Source of the DNA: Nitrosopumilaceae archaeon
GTDB taxonomy: Archaea; Thermoproteota; Nitrososphaeria; Nitrososphaerales; Nitrosopumilaceae
Length of the DNA stretch: 64,000 bases
Reading direction: 5' to 3'
Assembly (NCBI GenBank): GCA_965214835.1
Contig: CBDCCK010000002.1
Location: 2,976,001 to 3,040,000 of the forward strand
Part shown: positions 20,865-32,758 of the stretch, in pieces
Layout: each line of letters opens with the position of its first letter
Numbering within the stretch: the first letter of the stretch is position 1
Notes under the pieces: generated by a model
What the model saw: only the letters and a program-made list of their open reading frames with translations
The model's database searches: none
What the model was told of the DNA's origin: nothing
Translations under genes and position numbers: made by a program

Positions 20865-21949
20865 AGAAGCAATCCGTAATTAAATTACGAGTGGCAGGTT
20901 GCAGTTGTTTTCTGCCGTGTTTTTCAGGCCACAGCAGCTATCCGTTCCAGTATCCTCAGGTTGACCAGCCCGCACACGATACTGTTGGCCAGATCGTACT
21001 TTCTGAGCCTGTTTCTGTACTTGTAGCTCATTATCTTGAATGTCTTGACCCTGCGTATGCCATTCTCCACGTACACCCGTATCTTTGAGTGTGTTCTGTT
21101 GTACTCTTTTTCATCGTCGGTCAGCTTGCCGCCAGGACTCTTCTTGATTGGAAGTATAACCTTCGTCCCTGCATCGATGTGCTGCGCACCTTGGTATCCG
21201 CGATCCATATAGTGCCGCAGCTCCTCGCCGTCCTCCTCACCGCTCCAGAATGTGGGATGCTTCATCTGGTATATCTTGACGTCGTTTACGCGCCCCGGCG
21301 AGTGCGGGGTCTTGTGCACTATGGCACCGTGTATGTTGACCGTATACTGGACCTTGGCCGTGTGCGTGCCTGCCTTGCCCGAATAGTGCGACTTTTCCAT
21401 GTCCTTTCTCTTGGGCCTGTTTGTGGGCTGCTCGGAGGCGTCAGTCAGGCACACCATCCCCGGGAAGATCTCGGCCAGCTCCTCGACTGAGGAGATCCTC
21501 TTGGAGTCCTTGTAGATCTTCTCGGGGATCGGCAGGCATTGTTTTAGCAGGGGCTCAGTCAGGCTTATGGAGCGCGAGACCGACGCCTGTCCTATACCGA
21601 ACATGGCGCCAGCCACGTCCTGGGAGACGTACGTCCTGTAGTAGAACAAGACCAGCAGTACGCGGTTCCTCAGATCCAGGGCAAAGGGCCTGCCTGCGCC
21701 TATATCCCGCACACGGTCGGGCCTTGAGAGCCTCTTCTTCTCGGTATCTGGAAATTTCTTTTGCACCTCGGTACACAGCTGGTCAAACTCTGCCTCGGTC
21801 ATTCCTGCAAACATCCGGAACGTCCGTGGGTTTTTTGTCAGTCTATCGATCAAACACATGATTTGTACATGGTTTTACAGGTATTTTGATCCGTCAGGCA
21901 TAGATTAGTGCCCAAGTGGGTCAAAATCTGCTAATTAAGAATCGCTTCT
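20865..21949 (-). mobile_element. IS5-type element encoding a 311-aa transposase (20924..21859), copy 1
   Basis: TIR AGAAGC(A/G)AT; HTH, TDASEQ, YSGK, DRGYQG, RVYVENGIRRVK. Confidence 0.92.
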
Positions 21950-22350
21950 CTGTAGGCGCCGTCATCCCCGGCTGCAGCATCGGGCCGAGCCCTCTCCTTT
22001 TTCCTCTGCGCCTTTTGCCTCTTCCACTCTAGCGAGTTTGCCGACGGGGCGAGTTCTCGTTCTCGTAGTATCGGAGCCGGTTGTCCTGCTCCTTGATGGT
22101 CTTGTCGCGCTTTTCAAGTGTCTTGTTTAGCTTTTCAATGGTTCTGCCCTGCTCCTCAATGATATTGTCGCGCTCCTTGAGGTCCTTTTTTAGATTCCTT
22201 ATCGTCTCCGTAGGCGATGCTGTAGATGCCTCGATCTCGCAGCATGTGGAGGGCTGACCTTTCACAATGCCTAGTCTACGCGATCATAGTATAAGGATCA
22301 GGCACTGTCAGTAATGTTTACCCTATTGTGAGGGGTAGGTGACCTCATAC
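21950..22350 (-). pseudogene. IS66 left-end fragment (family of 56488/60387)
   Basis: MKGQPSTCCEI...RLRYYENENSP; terminus GGTAGGTGACCTCATAC. Confidence 0.85.
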
Positions 22351-22626
22351 TCATGATCCGTCCGGCGCCTGCGGGACGGCGTGACCCGCAGCTTCATATC
22401 GAAGGATCCGACTGAATCTGCCAATCAACAGGCACTAGATGTAACGACTCTCGACTGCCTGCAGGTGCCGTCTGTCGACATGTTGCCTGCGCGGCGCCAG
22501 TCTTGCATGTATAAGAGATGTGTGGTGGTGCAACGGGTCTGCCACAACAGATGCGGAAGGATCAAAAGGTTCTGGGCAAAAAGTTCCCTGGGCGCTTTAA
22601 ATAGGATCTGATGTTGTACCTCCGGA

Positions 22627-23064
22627 CTACTTTTCCTTCAGCTCCAACTTTGCATGTGCATTATAGGTCAGCTTTAATTTTTTTAGCAAATCCGTACCCA
22701 GCAAACTTGGGATTATGAAAATATCTGCGTCCGAAGGCGTGTTTTCCTCAGCCTTCATTACGTCTATTTCATCCAGCTCCATCCAAACGAGTTCGCCGTC
22801 TGTTCCTGCCAACTGGAGAACTGGTTTTTTGATAATGTATTCACGCGATGCCTCCCCCCCTATTCCTACAGACGGGGTTTTACTGCGTCTTAATTTTGAA
22901 AAGTCGATTCGATTTTTTATTGCGGCTAGCGGCGAGATCGTGGTTCTGTCTGCACCCGTGTCAATAAGAAAATCAACTGAAATCATCCTGTCTCCCAAAT
23001 CCCTACTTACTATGTCAATCGGAACATAAACCCTGGTTCCCTCTTGCATTAATTGAATCTCCAT
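22627..23064 (-). CDS. Retropepsin-like aspartic protease
   Basis: FLIDTGA catalytic motif, GIGG flap, SLLGTDLL. Confidence 0.88.
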   Translation of the reverse strand: MEIQLMQEGTRVYVPIDIVSRDLGDRMISVDFLIDTGADRTTISPLAAIKNRIDFSKLRRSKTPSVGIGGEASREYIIKKPVLQLAGTDGELVWMELDEIDVMKAEENTPSDADIFIIPSLLGTDLLKKLKLTYNAHAKLELKEK

Positions 23065-23083
23065 GATGAAGACCGTGAAACCA

Positions 23084-23404
23084 CTAGAGCAGGAACCTTA
23101 TTTTTTCCTTACCGATAAAATTTACAACCACTGCCTGGTTGTCCCCATATGCCTTCCTTACGTACGATATCAGCTCCCTTGGATCCTTGGCCGCCTTGCA
23201 TATCCTGCGGTCGTAAACTGCGACATAATTTCCTCCGTATTTCACCCGCAGTCTTTCCCTGTTTGCAGCAAGCCACATGAAATTCTTTCTAAACTCTGCC
23301 TGATTTCTGCCCAGTCCGTCCCTTCCGGTAGCAAAAAACTTCCTGGCAACATCTCCAGAGCCCCCCCTTTTGAATTTAGGCTCTGTTAGGATATTTACGC
23401 CCAT
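23084..23404 (-). CDS. DUF5678-like small protein
   Basis: KYGGNYVAVYDRRI...DPREL pattern; directly upstream of the aspartic protease. Confidence 0.7.
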   Translation of the reverse strand: MGVNILTEPKFKRGGSGDVARKFFATGRDGLGRNQAEFRKNFMWLAANRERLRVKYGGNYVAVYDRRICKAAKDPRELISYVRKAYGDNQAVVVNFIGKEKIRFLL

Positions 23405-23488
23405 TTTTCCCCCACATCATACAAAACATTGGCCCTCCAGTACTTAATCTTTTCAAACACAGTTCGGTAAGAGTTTACCCCTCCCCTG

Positions 23489-24674
23489 AGAAGCAATCCG
23501 TAATTAAATTACGAGTGGCAGGTTGCAGTTGTTTTCTGCCGTGTTTTTCAGGCCACAGCGGCTATCCGTTCCAGTATCCTCAGGTTGACCAGCCCGCACA
23601 CGATACTGTTGGCCAGATCGTACTTTCTGAGCCTGTTTCTGTACTTGTAGCTCATTATCTTGAATGTCTTGACCCTGCGTATGCCATTCTCCACGTACAC
23701 CCGTATCTTTGAGTGTGTTCTGTTGTACTCTTTTTCATCGTCGGTCAGCTTGCCGCCAGGACTCTTCTTGATTGGAAGTATAACCTTCGTCCCTGCATCG
23801 ATGTGCTGCGCACCCTGGTATCCGCGATCCATATAGTGCCGCAGCTCCTCGCCGTCCTCCTCACCGCTCCAGAACGTGGGATGCTTCATCTGGTATATCT
23901 TGACGTCGTTTACGCGCCCCGGCGAGTGCGGGGTCTTGTGCACTATGGCACCGTGTATGTTGACCGTATACTGGACCTTGGCCGTGTGCGTGCCTGCCTT
24001 GCCCGAATAGTGCGACTTTTCCATGTCCTTTCTCTTGGGCCTGTTTGTGGGCTGCTCGGAGGCGTCAGTCAGGCACACCATCCCCGGGAAGATCTCGGCC
24101 AGCTCCTCGACTGAGGAGATCCTCTTGGAGTCCTTGTAGATCTTCTCGGGGATCGGCAGGCATTGTTTTAGCAGGGGCTCAGTCAGGCTTATGGAGCGCG
24201 AGACCGACGCCTGTCCTATACCGAACATGGCGCCAGCCACGTCCTGGGAGACGTACGTCCTGTAGTAGAACAAGACCAGCAGTACGCGGTTCCTCAGATC
24301 CAGGGCAAAGGGCCTGCCTGCGCCTATATCCCGCACACGGTCGGGCCTTGAGAGCCTCTTCTTCTCGGTATCTGGAAATTTCTTTTGCACCTCGGTACAC
24401 AGCTGGTCAAACTCTGCCTCGGTCATTCCTGCAAACATCCGGAACGTCCGTGGGTTTTTTGTCAGTCTATCGATCAAACACATGATTTGTACATGGTTTT
24501 ACAGGTATTTTGTACGAGGTCACCTACCATCATCAGTTAGGCATGAATTAGCATGAATGATTGTGATCCTCGTGCCTAGCTAGCAAGGGGACGTGACCAC
24601 ATACGGTATTTTGATCCGTTAGGCATAGATTAGTGCCCAAGTGGGTCAAAATCTGCTAATTAAGAATCGCTTCT
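23489..24674 (-). mobile_element. IS5-type element, copy 2 (CDS 23548..24483), inserted in a MITE and itself carrying a MITE (24512..24604)
   Basis: Protein identical to copy 1; TSD CTG; internal MITE TSD GGTATTTT; end region re-duplicated at ~24690..24812. Confidence 0.92.
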
Positions 24675-24887
24675 CTGAGATACGGCAGGTTAGGTGAATT
24701 AGCATGAATGATTGTGATCCTCGGCCTAGCTAGACCACATACGGTATTTTGATCCGTTAGGCATAGATTAGTGCCCAAGTGGGTCAAAATCTGCTAATTA
24801 AGAATCGCTTCTCTGAGATACGGCGTGGTAGGCGTGATCATGACGGCTCCGACCGGCAGTGCTGCTTGAGGGGTAAACTCATACCAT

Positions 24888-26275
24888 CAGTCTTCCCAGA
24901 AGTAACTCAGGGGTAACAGGTTAGCCCCTGCCTAGGTAGCAATCAGGCGCGAATCTGCCTGCAGTTGTGATTTTCATGCCTGTCCGGCAAGGGACGCAAC
25001 TCCAACTCTAGGCAGGAGCTAACCTGTTACGTCCGGATCTATTCCGGGCACGTTGGTCGCAAATCCGATGAGCCGCTCGTGTGCCGGCAGCTTTTCCAGG
25101 TTTGTCTTGCCCGACCGCTTCTTCCTTCTCTTTGTGATGACCATCGTGTACCGAGCTGACTTGGAGGTGCCGGATACGGCCGACTCGACCTCCACTCTTT
25201 TTCTGCCATCATGTTCGCTGAGGGTTACAACGACGGCATCCGTGTCCTTGCACGGTATGATGGTAACAGGTTAGCCCCTGCCTAGAGTTGGAGTCACGTC
25301 CCTTGCCTGTCAGGCATGAAAATCACAACTGCAGGCAGACTCGTGCCTGATTGCTGCCTAGGCAAGGGTTAACCTGTTACGTATGATGTATCCGACTCCC
25401 GCCGCATCCAGCTCGGAGATGACTGCGGCCGAAAAGAACTCGCGGTTCAGCATCACGACTCCGAGCTCGGCCCCCGCGCGGCGTGCAGAATCGATGGTTC
25501 TGCGCACGAAATCGGCCGTATCCTCAAGCGCCGGCATGTACAGTAGACTTTATGCGTAATCGGTTCAGATCCAAGATTATTACGAACAAATTCATCTCAT
25601 TCAGGTCGATTACGCATAATGCCTAGTACGCCCAGTACAAGGCGGCAGTGCTTCACGATACACTGTATGGTTATATAGCGCTCAAAGACTGCCGTCCCGC
25701 CCTTCTTCCTGGAGCAGACAAGATCCCCGCCGTGCTTTTTGTCATAGCGCGGTATCAGGTGGTAGGAGTTTACCCCTCAGGCGACACTGCTGGTCGGAGC
25801 CTTCATGATCACGCCTACCGCGCCGTATCCTAGGTGGAGGGGCAAACTCTTACCCTGATGCCTCCCACGCCGTATGTGACGTGCAGCCTGCGGCGCACCC
25901 AGTTGTGCAGCTTCTTCGGGGTGAGCTTTTCCATCCTGCGCAGCCTCGCGGCGATCTTTTTTATCCTGCTGACTGGAACCTTTGGCTTTCTGCCCCTGCC
26001 AGGGGAGTCACGTAGACCGTCAATGCCGCAAGATCAAACCTCTTGATCCACATCTGTACTGTACGCTGTGTCACGCCGGCAATCTCCGCGGTCTGTGCGG
26101 TCGTGCTGTCAAGCAGCACGGAGCGCACCGCCATGATTCTGGCATAAACCCTGTTGTCCTTCTCGACATGCATAGCATCCGTGAGGATTTTCGTCTTGCC
26201 CATGCTAGGGGCCATGGCGGAGATCTACAAGCCTCCACAGGGCGTGTAATCAGGCGAAATTTTCAATGATCATCA
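24888..26275 (-). mobile_element. Second copy of the ISH3/MITE/IS630 mosaic, with extra MITEs (25263..25380, 25545..25624)
   Basis: Near-identical to 19984..20862; new MITEs have TSDs GTATGATG and AGT; IS630 end at ~26245-26275. Confidence 0.85.
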
Positions 26276-26297
26276 ATATAGCAGATTACGATGAAAT

Positions 26298-26387
26298 GTA
26301 TGAATTCACCTGTCCTGCCTGAATCTAAGTAAAGAGTTGGAATCCGTGTATAATTTTTGGCATTTTCACGGACAGGTGAATTCATAC
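26298..26387. mobile_element. 90-bp IS66-type MITE upstream of ubiD
   Basis: Perfect 18-bp TIR GTATGAATTCACCTGTCC; flanks GATGAAAT/AATGAAAT. Confidence 0.8.
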
Positions 26388-26435
26388 AATGAAATCCCGT
26401 CAAGCTTTATACGATATCGGGTCGGATAGAGGATT

Positions 26436-27878
26436 GTGCCGATAGAGGACATTCATGAGCTAATCGACGTCCTAGAGGGGGCAGGCGAGCTGAAAAGGGT
26501 CAGAGCCGAGGTCGACCCCGAGCTGGAGATTGCGGAGATCCTGAGGCGTACAATGTACGACAGGGGGCCCGCGATTCTCTTTGAGAACGTAAAGGGCTAT
26601 GACATGCCCGTACTGGGCAACGCGTTTGGCTCCATGAGAAGGATGGAGCTGGGCTTGGAGACAGGCGACTTTACGGAGATCGGTCAGAGAATCGTAGACC
26701 TGACAAGGATGGATGTACCCTCCGGACTGTTCGGGAAGATAAGAAGGCTTCCAGAGCTGTCCAAGATGACAGAGTCGTTTCCCAGGCCGGAAAAGAACGG
26801 GCCGGTAACCGAGGTCACAGGCGAGGCGCCCAGCTTTGGCAGGATACCCATACTGAAGACATGGCCAAAGGATGCCGGAAGGTTCATCACGTTTGGCCTT
26901 GTGGCAACCAGGCACCCGGAGACGGGGGTCAGAAACCTCGGGGTATACAGAGTCCAGATCATGGACGATGCGCACGCTCTAATGCACTGGCAAAAGCACA
27001 AGCGCGGCGCACATCACGGCGAGATCAAAAGGGATGCCGGGGACAGGATAGAGGCTGCAATCATCATCGGTGGGGAGCCTGCAACGATATTTGCCGGGGT
27101 CGCGCCGGTTCCAGAGGGGCTGGACAAGTACCTTTTTGCAGGAATAACCCGCAAGAGGGGGATCAGGACGGTGAGGTGCCAGACGGTTGATCTCGAGGTG
27201 CCTGCCAATGCGGACATTGTCCTTGAGGGGTACGTCGATCCGGGGGATCTGAGGGACGAGGGCCCCTTCGGGGATCATACCGGATATTATACGCCGGTTG
27301 AAAAGTACCCCGTATTCACGCTGACGGGGGTGATGAGGAGGAAAAACCCCGTATACCTGACAACGGTTGTAGGAAAGCCGATCCTTGAGGACGCATACAT
27401 CGGAAAGGTAATCGAGCGCTCGTTTCTGCCGCTGATCAGGATGCTTCATCCCGAGGTAGTCGACTATTCAATGCCTGCGGCAGGATGGTTCCAGGGGCTT
27501 GCCGTAATTGCAATAAAGAAGAGGTACCCCGGCCAGGCAAAGAAGGTCATGATGGGCCTGTGGGGAACCGGGCAGCTTGCGCTGACCAAGACGTTCATAG
27601 TGGTGGATGACGACATAAACGTGCATGACGTAAATGACGTGATCTGGGCAGTCACCACGAGGGCGGATGCTGCCCGGGACACGGTAATCATAAACAACGC
27701 GCCCACCGACACCCTGGATCCCGCATCGCCGCTAGTCAACCTCGGCTCAAAGCTCGGGATTGATGCCACGCAAAAGATGGCCGGTGAGGGATATTCCAGG
27801 GAGATTCAGGAGCAGGCAAGGCCCGATGACAAGACAAAGAACCTGGTAGATGAGAGGTGGCCCAGCTACGGCCTCTAG
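26436..27878 (+). CDS. ubiD: UbiD-family (menaquinone pathway) decarboxylase
   Basis: EGPFGDHTGYY, IKKRYPGQAKK, VDDDINV; adjacent to mqnC. Confidence 0.93.
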   Translation: MPIEDIHELIDVLEGAGELKRVRAEVDPELEIAEILRRTMYDRGPAILFENVKGYDMPVLGNAFGSMRRMELGLETGDFTEIGQRIVDLTRMDVPSGLFGKIRRLPELSKMTESFPRPEKNGPVTEVTGEAPSFGRIPILKTWPKDAGRFITFGLVATRHPETGVRNLGVYRVQIMDDAHALMHWQKHKRGAHHGEIKRDAGDRIEAAIIIGGEPATIFAGVAPVPEGLDKYLFAGITRKRGIRTVRCQTVDLEVPANADIVLEGYVDPGDLRDEGPFGDHTGYYTPVEKYPVFTLTGVMRRKNPVYLTTVVGKPILEDAYIGKVIERSFLPLIRMLHPEVVDYSMPAAGWFQGLAVIAIKKRYPGQAKKVMMGLWGTGQLALTKTFIVVDDDINVHDVNDVIWAVTTRADAARDTVIINNAPTDTLDPASPLVNLGSKLGIDATQKMAGEGYSREIQEQARPDDKTKNLVDERWPSYGL

Positions 27879-28996
27879 TGGATCCTTACAGTCTCGTAAA
27901 AGTTGTCGCGCTCCTCGACTGCATACCCTATCTGCCGGATAGAGTCTATGATTCGCCTGCCGGTAAGCTCAGTCGAGCGGGCGCCCGTACAGGAGACGAC
28001 CTCCTCGCCTATCAGGGTGCCCCCAAAGTCGTCTGCGCCGTACTGCAAGGCAAGCTGCGCCATGCCGACCCCGTTTGTCAGCCACGAGGACTGGATGTGC
28101 GGTATGAGGGTATCAAAGACGATCCTGGAGATTGCAATCATCTTGAGGAGCTGCGTGCCGCCGGTCCCGTATGAGACTAGGCCCTCCTCGTGCATCAGGG
28201 TGTTGTTTGGCTCAAAGTTCCACGGGATAAACGCCATGAACCCGCCGGTCCTCTCCTGGAGCTCCGCTATCCTCTCAAAGTGGTCAACTATGTCCCGGTC
28301 GGATTCCACGTGCCCGTACATCATGGTGGCAGACGCAGGCAGGCCCATGCCGTGGGCCTCCTCCATTATCCTTATCCAGTCCGCACCCGGTATCTTCTTG
28401 GGACTGATCACGCCCCTTACAGAGTCTGCCAGTATCTCGGCGCCGGCGCCGGGCACCGACTGCAGGCCAGACTCCTTTAGCCTGGCAAGCACCTCCCTCG
28501 TCGAGGTCCTCTCAACGCGCGCTATCATGTCGACCTCGGAGGCAGACAGGCCGTGAACGCCAACCTCGGGGAACTTTGAGCGAATCATGCGGAATGCGTC
28601 CTCATAGTACTCTATTCCCAGGTTCGGGTTGTGCCCGCCCTGGATGAGCACCTGTCGGATCCCGAACATCTCCCATGCGGTCCTCACCCTGGCCTCGATC
28701 TCCCCAAGGGTCAGCGTGTAAGAGTCTGCTGCCCCCGGCGGGCGGTAGAACGCGCAGAACTTGCAGTCCGTAATGCAGACGTTGGTATAATTCAGGATTA
28801 TGTTGTTTACAAAGGATGCCTTGGCGCCGAATCTTTTTCTTGCAAGCGACCCCCCGACTAGCCCCATCAGGTGCACCTCGTCGGACTCTAGCAGCCTGAG
28901 ACAGTCCCCGGGGGAGGGCCTCCGGCCGGCAAGCGCCCCCTCTAGGACGTCGCCGATGGGGCTTGCACAGAGCTGCTCGCTTATCAGGCTCAACAA
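27875..28996 (-). CDS. mqnC: Cyclic dehypoxanthine futalosine synthase (radical SAM)
   Basis: NYTNVCITDCKFCAFYR, PGAGAEIL, ATMMYGHVE, HIQSSW, GADDFGG..EE.VV. Confidence 0.88.
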   Translation of the reverse strand: MLSLISEQLCASPIGDVLEGALAGRRPSPGDCLRLLESDEVHLMGLVGGSLARKRFGAKASFVNNIILNYTNVCITDCKFCAFYRPPGAADSYTLTLGEIEARVRTAWEMFGIRQVLIQGGHNPNLGIEYYEDAFRMIRSKFPEVGVHGLSASEVDMIARVERTSTREVLARLKESGLQSVPGAGAEILADSVRGVISPKKIPGADWIRIMEEAHGMGLPASATMMYGHVESDRDIVDHFERIAELQERTGGFMAFIPWNFEPNNTLMHEEGLVSYGTGGTQLLKMIAISRIVFDTLIPHIQSSWLTNGVGMAQLALQYGADDFGGTLIGEEVVSCTGARSTELTGRRIIDSIRQIGYAVEERDNFYETVRIH

Positions 28997-29239
28997 GCTT
29001 GACTCGGACTAGGATGATATTTAATCCTTTGAGCGCAGTCGGAAATGTGCTGCTGTTCCTTGTGGCCGCCGTCTCACGTGGTTTTGGAGTGCAGGACTCC
29101 GTGCAGAGCCATGAATGGATGAAGGTATGCCGTAGGGTAAAAGTTCTCAAACTACATGATCAGGCGCTCCTGCCTGCAGTAGATGATCTTCAGGAACTTG
29201 TGATTGCCAGCATGTGACCTCAGAGGCGGGATTCGGAGT

Positions 29240-29317
29240 AGACCCCATGCGTAGTCGGTTAAGATCAAAAAAATCGGGCAGTCTTTACGTCGTTTTTGGT
29301 AGATACGCACAAGGTCT
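29240..29317. mobile_element. 78-bp MITE (AGAC..ATGCGTA family variant)
   Basis: Degenerate TIR; second copy at 41665..41742. Confidence 0.75.
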
Positions 29318-29969
29318 ACTCCAATATGAGCATGTCCTCGGTAAAGTCGCCGGACACGAGTCGGATCTGGACGTCATAATTGTTTATAATTTGCCGTATT
29401 AGCTTGATGTATTGCTCTGCCGTTCCGGTGGCAGAGCGATCTAGGCCGACCACCAGCTCGTTGGATGCCCTGTCTACAAGCGACATGAACAGTGGCAGCT
29501 CATCTTTCATGCCGAGATGAGTGTTTTGTAACTGCATGTACTGAGTGATTTTATCGTGAGCGTTGTCCAAGTCATCCGTTTGAGACCCAGTATTACTTGT
29601 ACCACAAGAGTCATCCCCCTCGTTCCATTCATGTCCGGATGACTCGCACAGGTCAGCCATCTGGCGTTTCAGACAGAGATCCCAGTCGCGCACGTCGTCA
29701 TATCCGTATGCCATACATTCCTGAGAACGCCAAAGTGCCTGGACCATCCACGAATCGCTCAAGTCAGACTGCACCGTGGCCTCGCCGCCAGGGCCATCCT
29801 GCTCGGGCTCGGCAGTCGGCATTATGAGGCCTCCAATAGAATTCAAGTCCGGTGGTGGGGATCTTCCGACCGGTTCGGATCCGGCAGATGACATTGCAAG
29901 TGTGATGCCCACCGCCAATGCCACTATGGCCACGCTCCAGAGCGATGCAAGCTTGTCTATCTCTGCCAT
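29316..29969 (-). CDS. Secreted/membrane-anchored hypothetical protein
   Basis: N-terminal hydrophobic segment; stop codon formed at the MITE junction. Confidence 0.6.
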   Translation of the reverse strand: MAEIDKLASLWSVAIVALAVGITLAMSSAGSEPVGRSPPPDLNSIGGLIMPTAEPEQDGPGGEATVQSDLSDSWMVQALWRSQECMAYGYDDVRDWDLCLKRQMADLCESSGHEWNEGDDSCGTSNTGSQTDDLDNAHDKITQYMQLQNTHLGMKDELPLFMSLVDRASNELVVGLDRSATGTAEQYIKLIRQIINNYDVQIRLVSGDFTEDMLILE

Positions 29970-30199
29970 GCCTCATCCGCCCGGCGCGCGCTCGGCTGCA
30001 TACGGCGTGCCTTGTCGTTTGTGCAGGGGGTTGTCCGAACCGTTTCTCGTAAAATGACTGCAGCATCCTGAAAGCATCCACCTGCAGTTTGACATTGTAT
30101 TTTTCTTCTGCCTGCTTACAGATAATCGTTTTGATCCGTGTGGGGTTTGTTCTGCAACCAATTCGGATGGAAGAGTACGGATTGGAAGCATGGACAAGT

Positions 30200-31652
30200 A
30201 GACCCCGTAATTGGCAAATCTGATCTAAAAATACAACACAACAGATCATGGTTTGCATACCTACAACCATAAAGATCAGCAATAATTCTCTGACGGCATG
30301 GGTTCAGATGACGAGCTTGTCCAAACACTACAAGAGCAAAACAGGCAGTTCTCAAAGCAAAACGAGCAGCTAAGGAACCGGCTTGTGTTTGAGGACTCGC
30401 TGTGGCAGTCCGAGGAAAACAAGACAGAAAGAATCGTGCGCAGCGGCCGGGCATTGCGGATGCATGCAATCGAGATTGCAGACGGCATAATCGGCGACCC
30501 GGTGCGCCTTTGCAGCGTCACTGGATGCACAAAGAAGTCATTTGAGATAATATTGGGGCGCTTTACAGAGGCGGTCATGGCCGACGGGGACAGGCCCCTG
30601 TTCTGGGAGGACGACATGAGCCGCAGCGATGCCGGAAACCGGTGCAAGCTGCACATCAGGCACGCGCTGCTTGCGGAACTCATGAGCCTGAGGACCAGTG
30701 CGACGCAGCACCACCGGGCCGCAACATTTGACGTCGACCAGTCCACCATGTCCAGGTACCTCCAGTACTGTATCGTGATACTGCGCAAGATACTGCCTAC
30801 CGCCGAAAAGATAGCAGACGTCATCCGCAAGACCCCGGCAGACAGGATCGAGGAGCTGATCCCAAAGAAGACGATCCTAGTTGACGGGACCCTGACTCCC
30901 GTAGCCAGGCCCGTGGACAAGACCGCAAGAAAGACACGGTACACGGGAAGAAAAAAGAGGCACATGTACAACACGCTGGTCACCACGAACCTGGACAGCC
31001 TCATGCTGGACTGCAGCGAGACTGTAGACGGTAGCGTCAACGACAAGGGCCTGATGAACGCGGGAGGCGGCCCGGACTTTGGAAGGCACACAAAAGCAAT
31101 GAAGAACGCGGAAAACGCCGACGATCCTGAAAATGCGTTTACAGTTTACAGCGACCTGGGCTTTGAGGGCATCCAAAAGATGCTTCCGGGCGCCATACAC
31201 AGGCAGCCTCCCAAGAAGCCCAGAGACGGGGAGCTCACCGCGACGCAGAAGAGGCGCCGCAAGCAGATCATCAGGGTCCGCGTCAAGGTGGAGCACCACA
31301 TAGGGAAGCTCAAGAAATATGCCATCCTGACCACGCCGTTTGGCGGAACTGCCAAGGATCTAAACTATTTCATGCAAGTAATTACGGGTCTTGAGAACCT
31401 CAAGACGATATTGAAAATGAAAAAGTATCACCATCTGCTTGAAATATAACGTGCGGCGGCACGAGCCGCCTTTCTTATGACTTGACAACAGGGCACATCA
31501 CCGTGCTGCAAGGTTGCGCATGTCTTTTTGGCACGGGCCGATTCTTGCGCGCGTCATGACATATTTGTATGCGATAACTTGATCTGATCAACACATCTAC
31601 TCTTGGAAAATCCTGCGGAATTTTTAGTCACGATCGATTACGCATAAAGTCT
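30200..31652 (+). mobile_element. IS5/ISL2-type element with intact 383-aa transposase (30298..31449)
   Basis: VDGTLT, YTGRKK, SDLGFEG, RVKVEHHIGKLK; right TIR ATTACGCATAAAGTCT. Confidence 0.9.
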
Positions 31653-31692
31653 AATAATCCTTGCACAAAGCTTTCTTCTTGCAACCGATCTG

Positions 31693-32238
31693 TTGATTCC
31701 GTTAGGCAGTGCTTTTGAAAGAGATGAGCGTTTTGTCCGCACCGCCGCCCTGTTCATGGCATACATCATACTGGTTTCTGGGTGGGTTGGGTATGCACGT
31801 TCAATGTCCGAAAAGCCCCACAAGGACAACATTCACGGCGCCCTGAGGTTTTTGATAGATCTGGTGATTCTGTTCGAGTACTTTTACCTGCTTCAGCTGA
31901 CAGAGAACCTGGCCAATTTTCAGAACGAGTTCCACTGGGTCGTAATGATAGTCTTTGCGACCTATGCCATATGGGATGTCGTCAGGTACTTTGAGTATCA
32001 CGGAAAGAGGGAAAGGAAAGTGGTGCGAAACCGAGGCGGGCGAACCCTGGTGTTTTGCATGATCTGTGCCGCCGTCTCGGCCTCATACCATTTTCTGGTT
32101 ATTGAGGGGGTAAGCGGGTTGGATGTTTTCCAAAACAAGCAGGCTCAGACGCTGAATTTCATTGCATTGACGTTGATCATGATTCTGGGTTACAGGATGG
32201 TAAAGTGGAATGTAAAGGACAAGAAGGTGAGGTTTTGA
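31693..32238 (+). CDS. Integral membrane hypothetical protein, probably 5'-truncated by the IS
   Basis: About five hydrophobic segments; frame stays open back to the IS boundary. Confidence 0.65.
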   Translation: MIPLGSAFERDERFVRTAALFMAYIILVSGWVGYARSMSEKPHKDNIHGALRFLIDLVILFEYFYLLQLTENLANFQNEFHWVVMIVFATYAIWDVVRYFEYHGKRERKVVRNRGGRTLVFCMICAAVSASYHFLVIEGVSGLDVFQNKQAQTLNFIALTLIMILGYRMVKWNVKDKKVRF

Positions 32239-32334
32239 CGATCCTTCCGTGTGCGACCTCGTCCCTTACCGGCTAGCAAGAAAACTTCACTCCACGAGTC
32301 ACCACTCCTCCCACAAATCATATCCTGAGGAGCA

Positions 32335-32414
32335 GGAACCCATGCGTAATCGACCTGAATGAGGCAAATTTGTTCGTAATAATCCCAGATCTGAACCGAT
32401 TACGCATAAGGTCT
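32335..32414. mobile_element. 80-bp MITE, AGACYTTATGCGTAAT family
   Basis: Matches 57177..57256. Confidence 0.8.
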
Positions 32415-32648
32415 AATGGAGATATTCGATTAAACTAAGCGCAGGTTTGCCAGTTGAACGTATCGCTAGGCGGTTAACGTATGGAATAGTCACAAGTTCC
32501 AGCTCCCGACGCTTTCCAAGAAAAATCAGCTCCCGTTAACTTACCAGTCCCGATTTCATATAGCGTCTATAGATTATGTGGAATTCTTCATTTGACATCA
32601 TCCGTGCCTTGATCTTTTTCTGCACTCATAATTTCCGCGTTGGTGTTT

Positions 32649-32758
32649 CAGCTAAGTGAAAAGTACCCTGAAATCGAACAAAAACAGAAACTGGCAGGAG
32701 ACACGGCGCCTCATTAGCAAGGCAAAACAACAAACCGCATTTACTTTTCACTTAGCTG
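32649..32758. mobile_element. 110-bp ISH3-type MITE
   Basis: TIR CAGCTAAGTGAAAAGTA; 5-bp TSD TGTTT. Confidence 0.9.
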
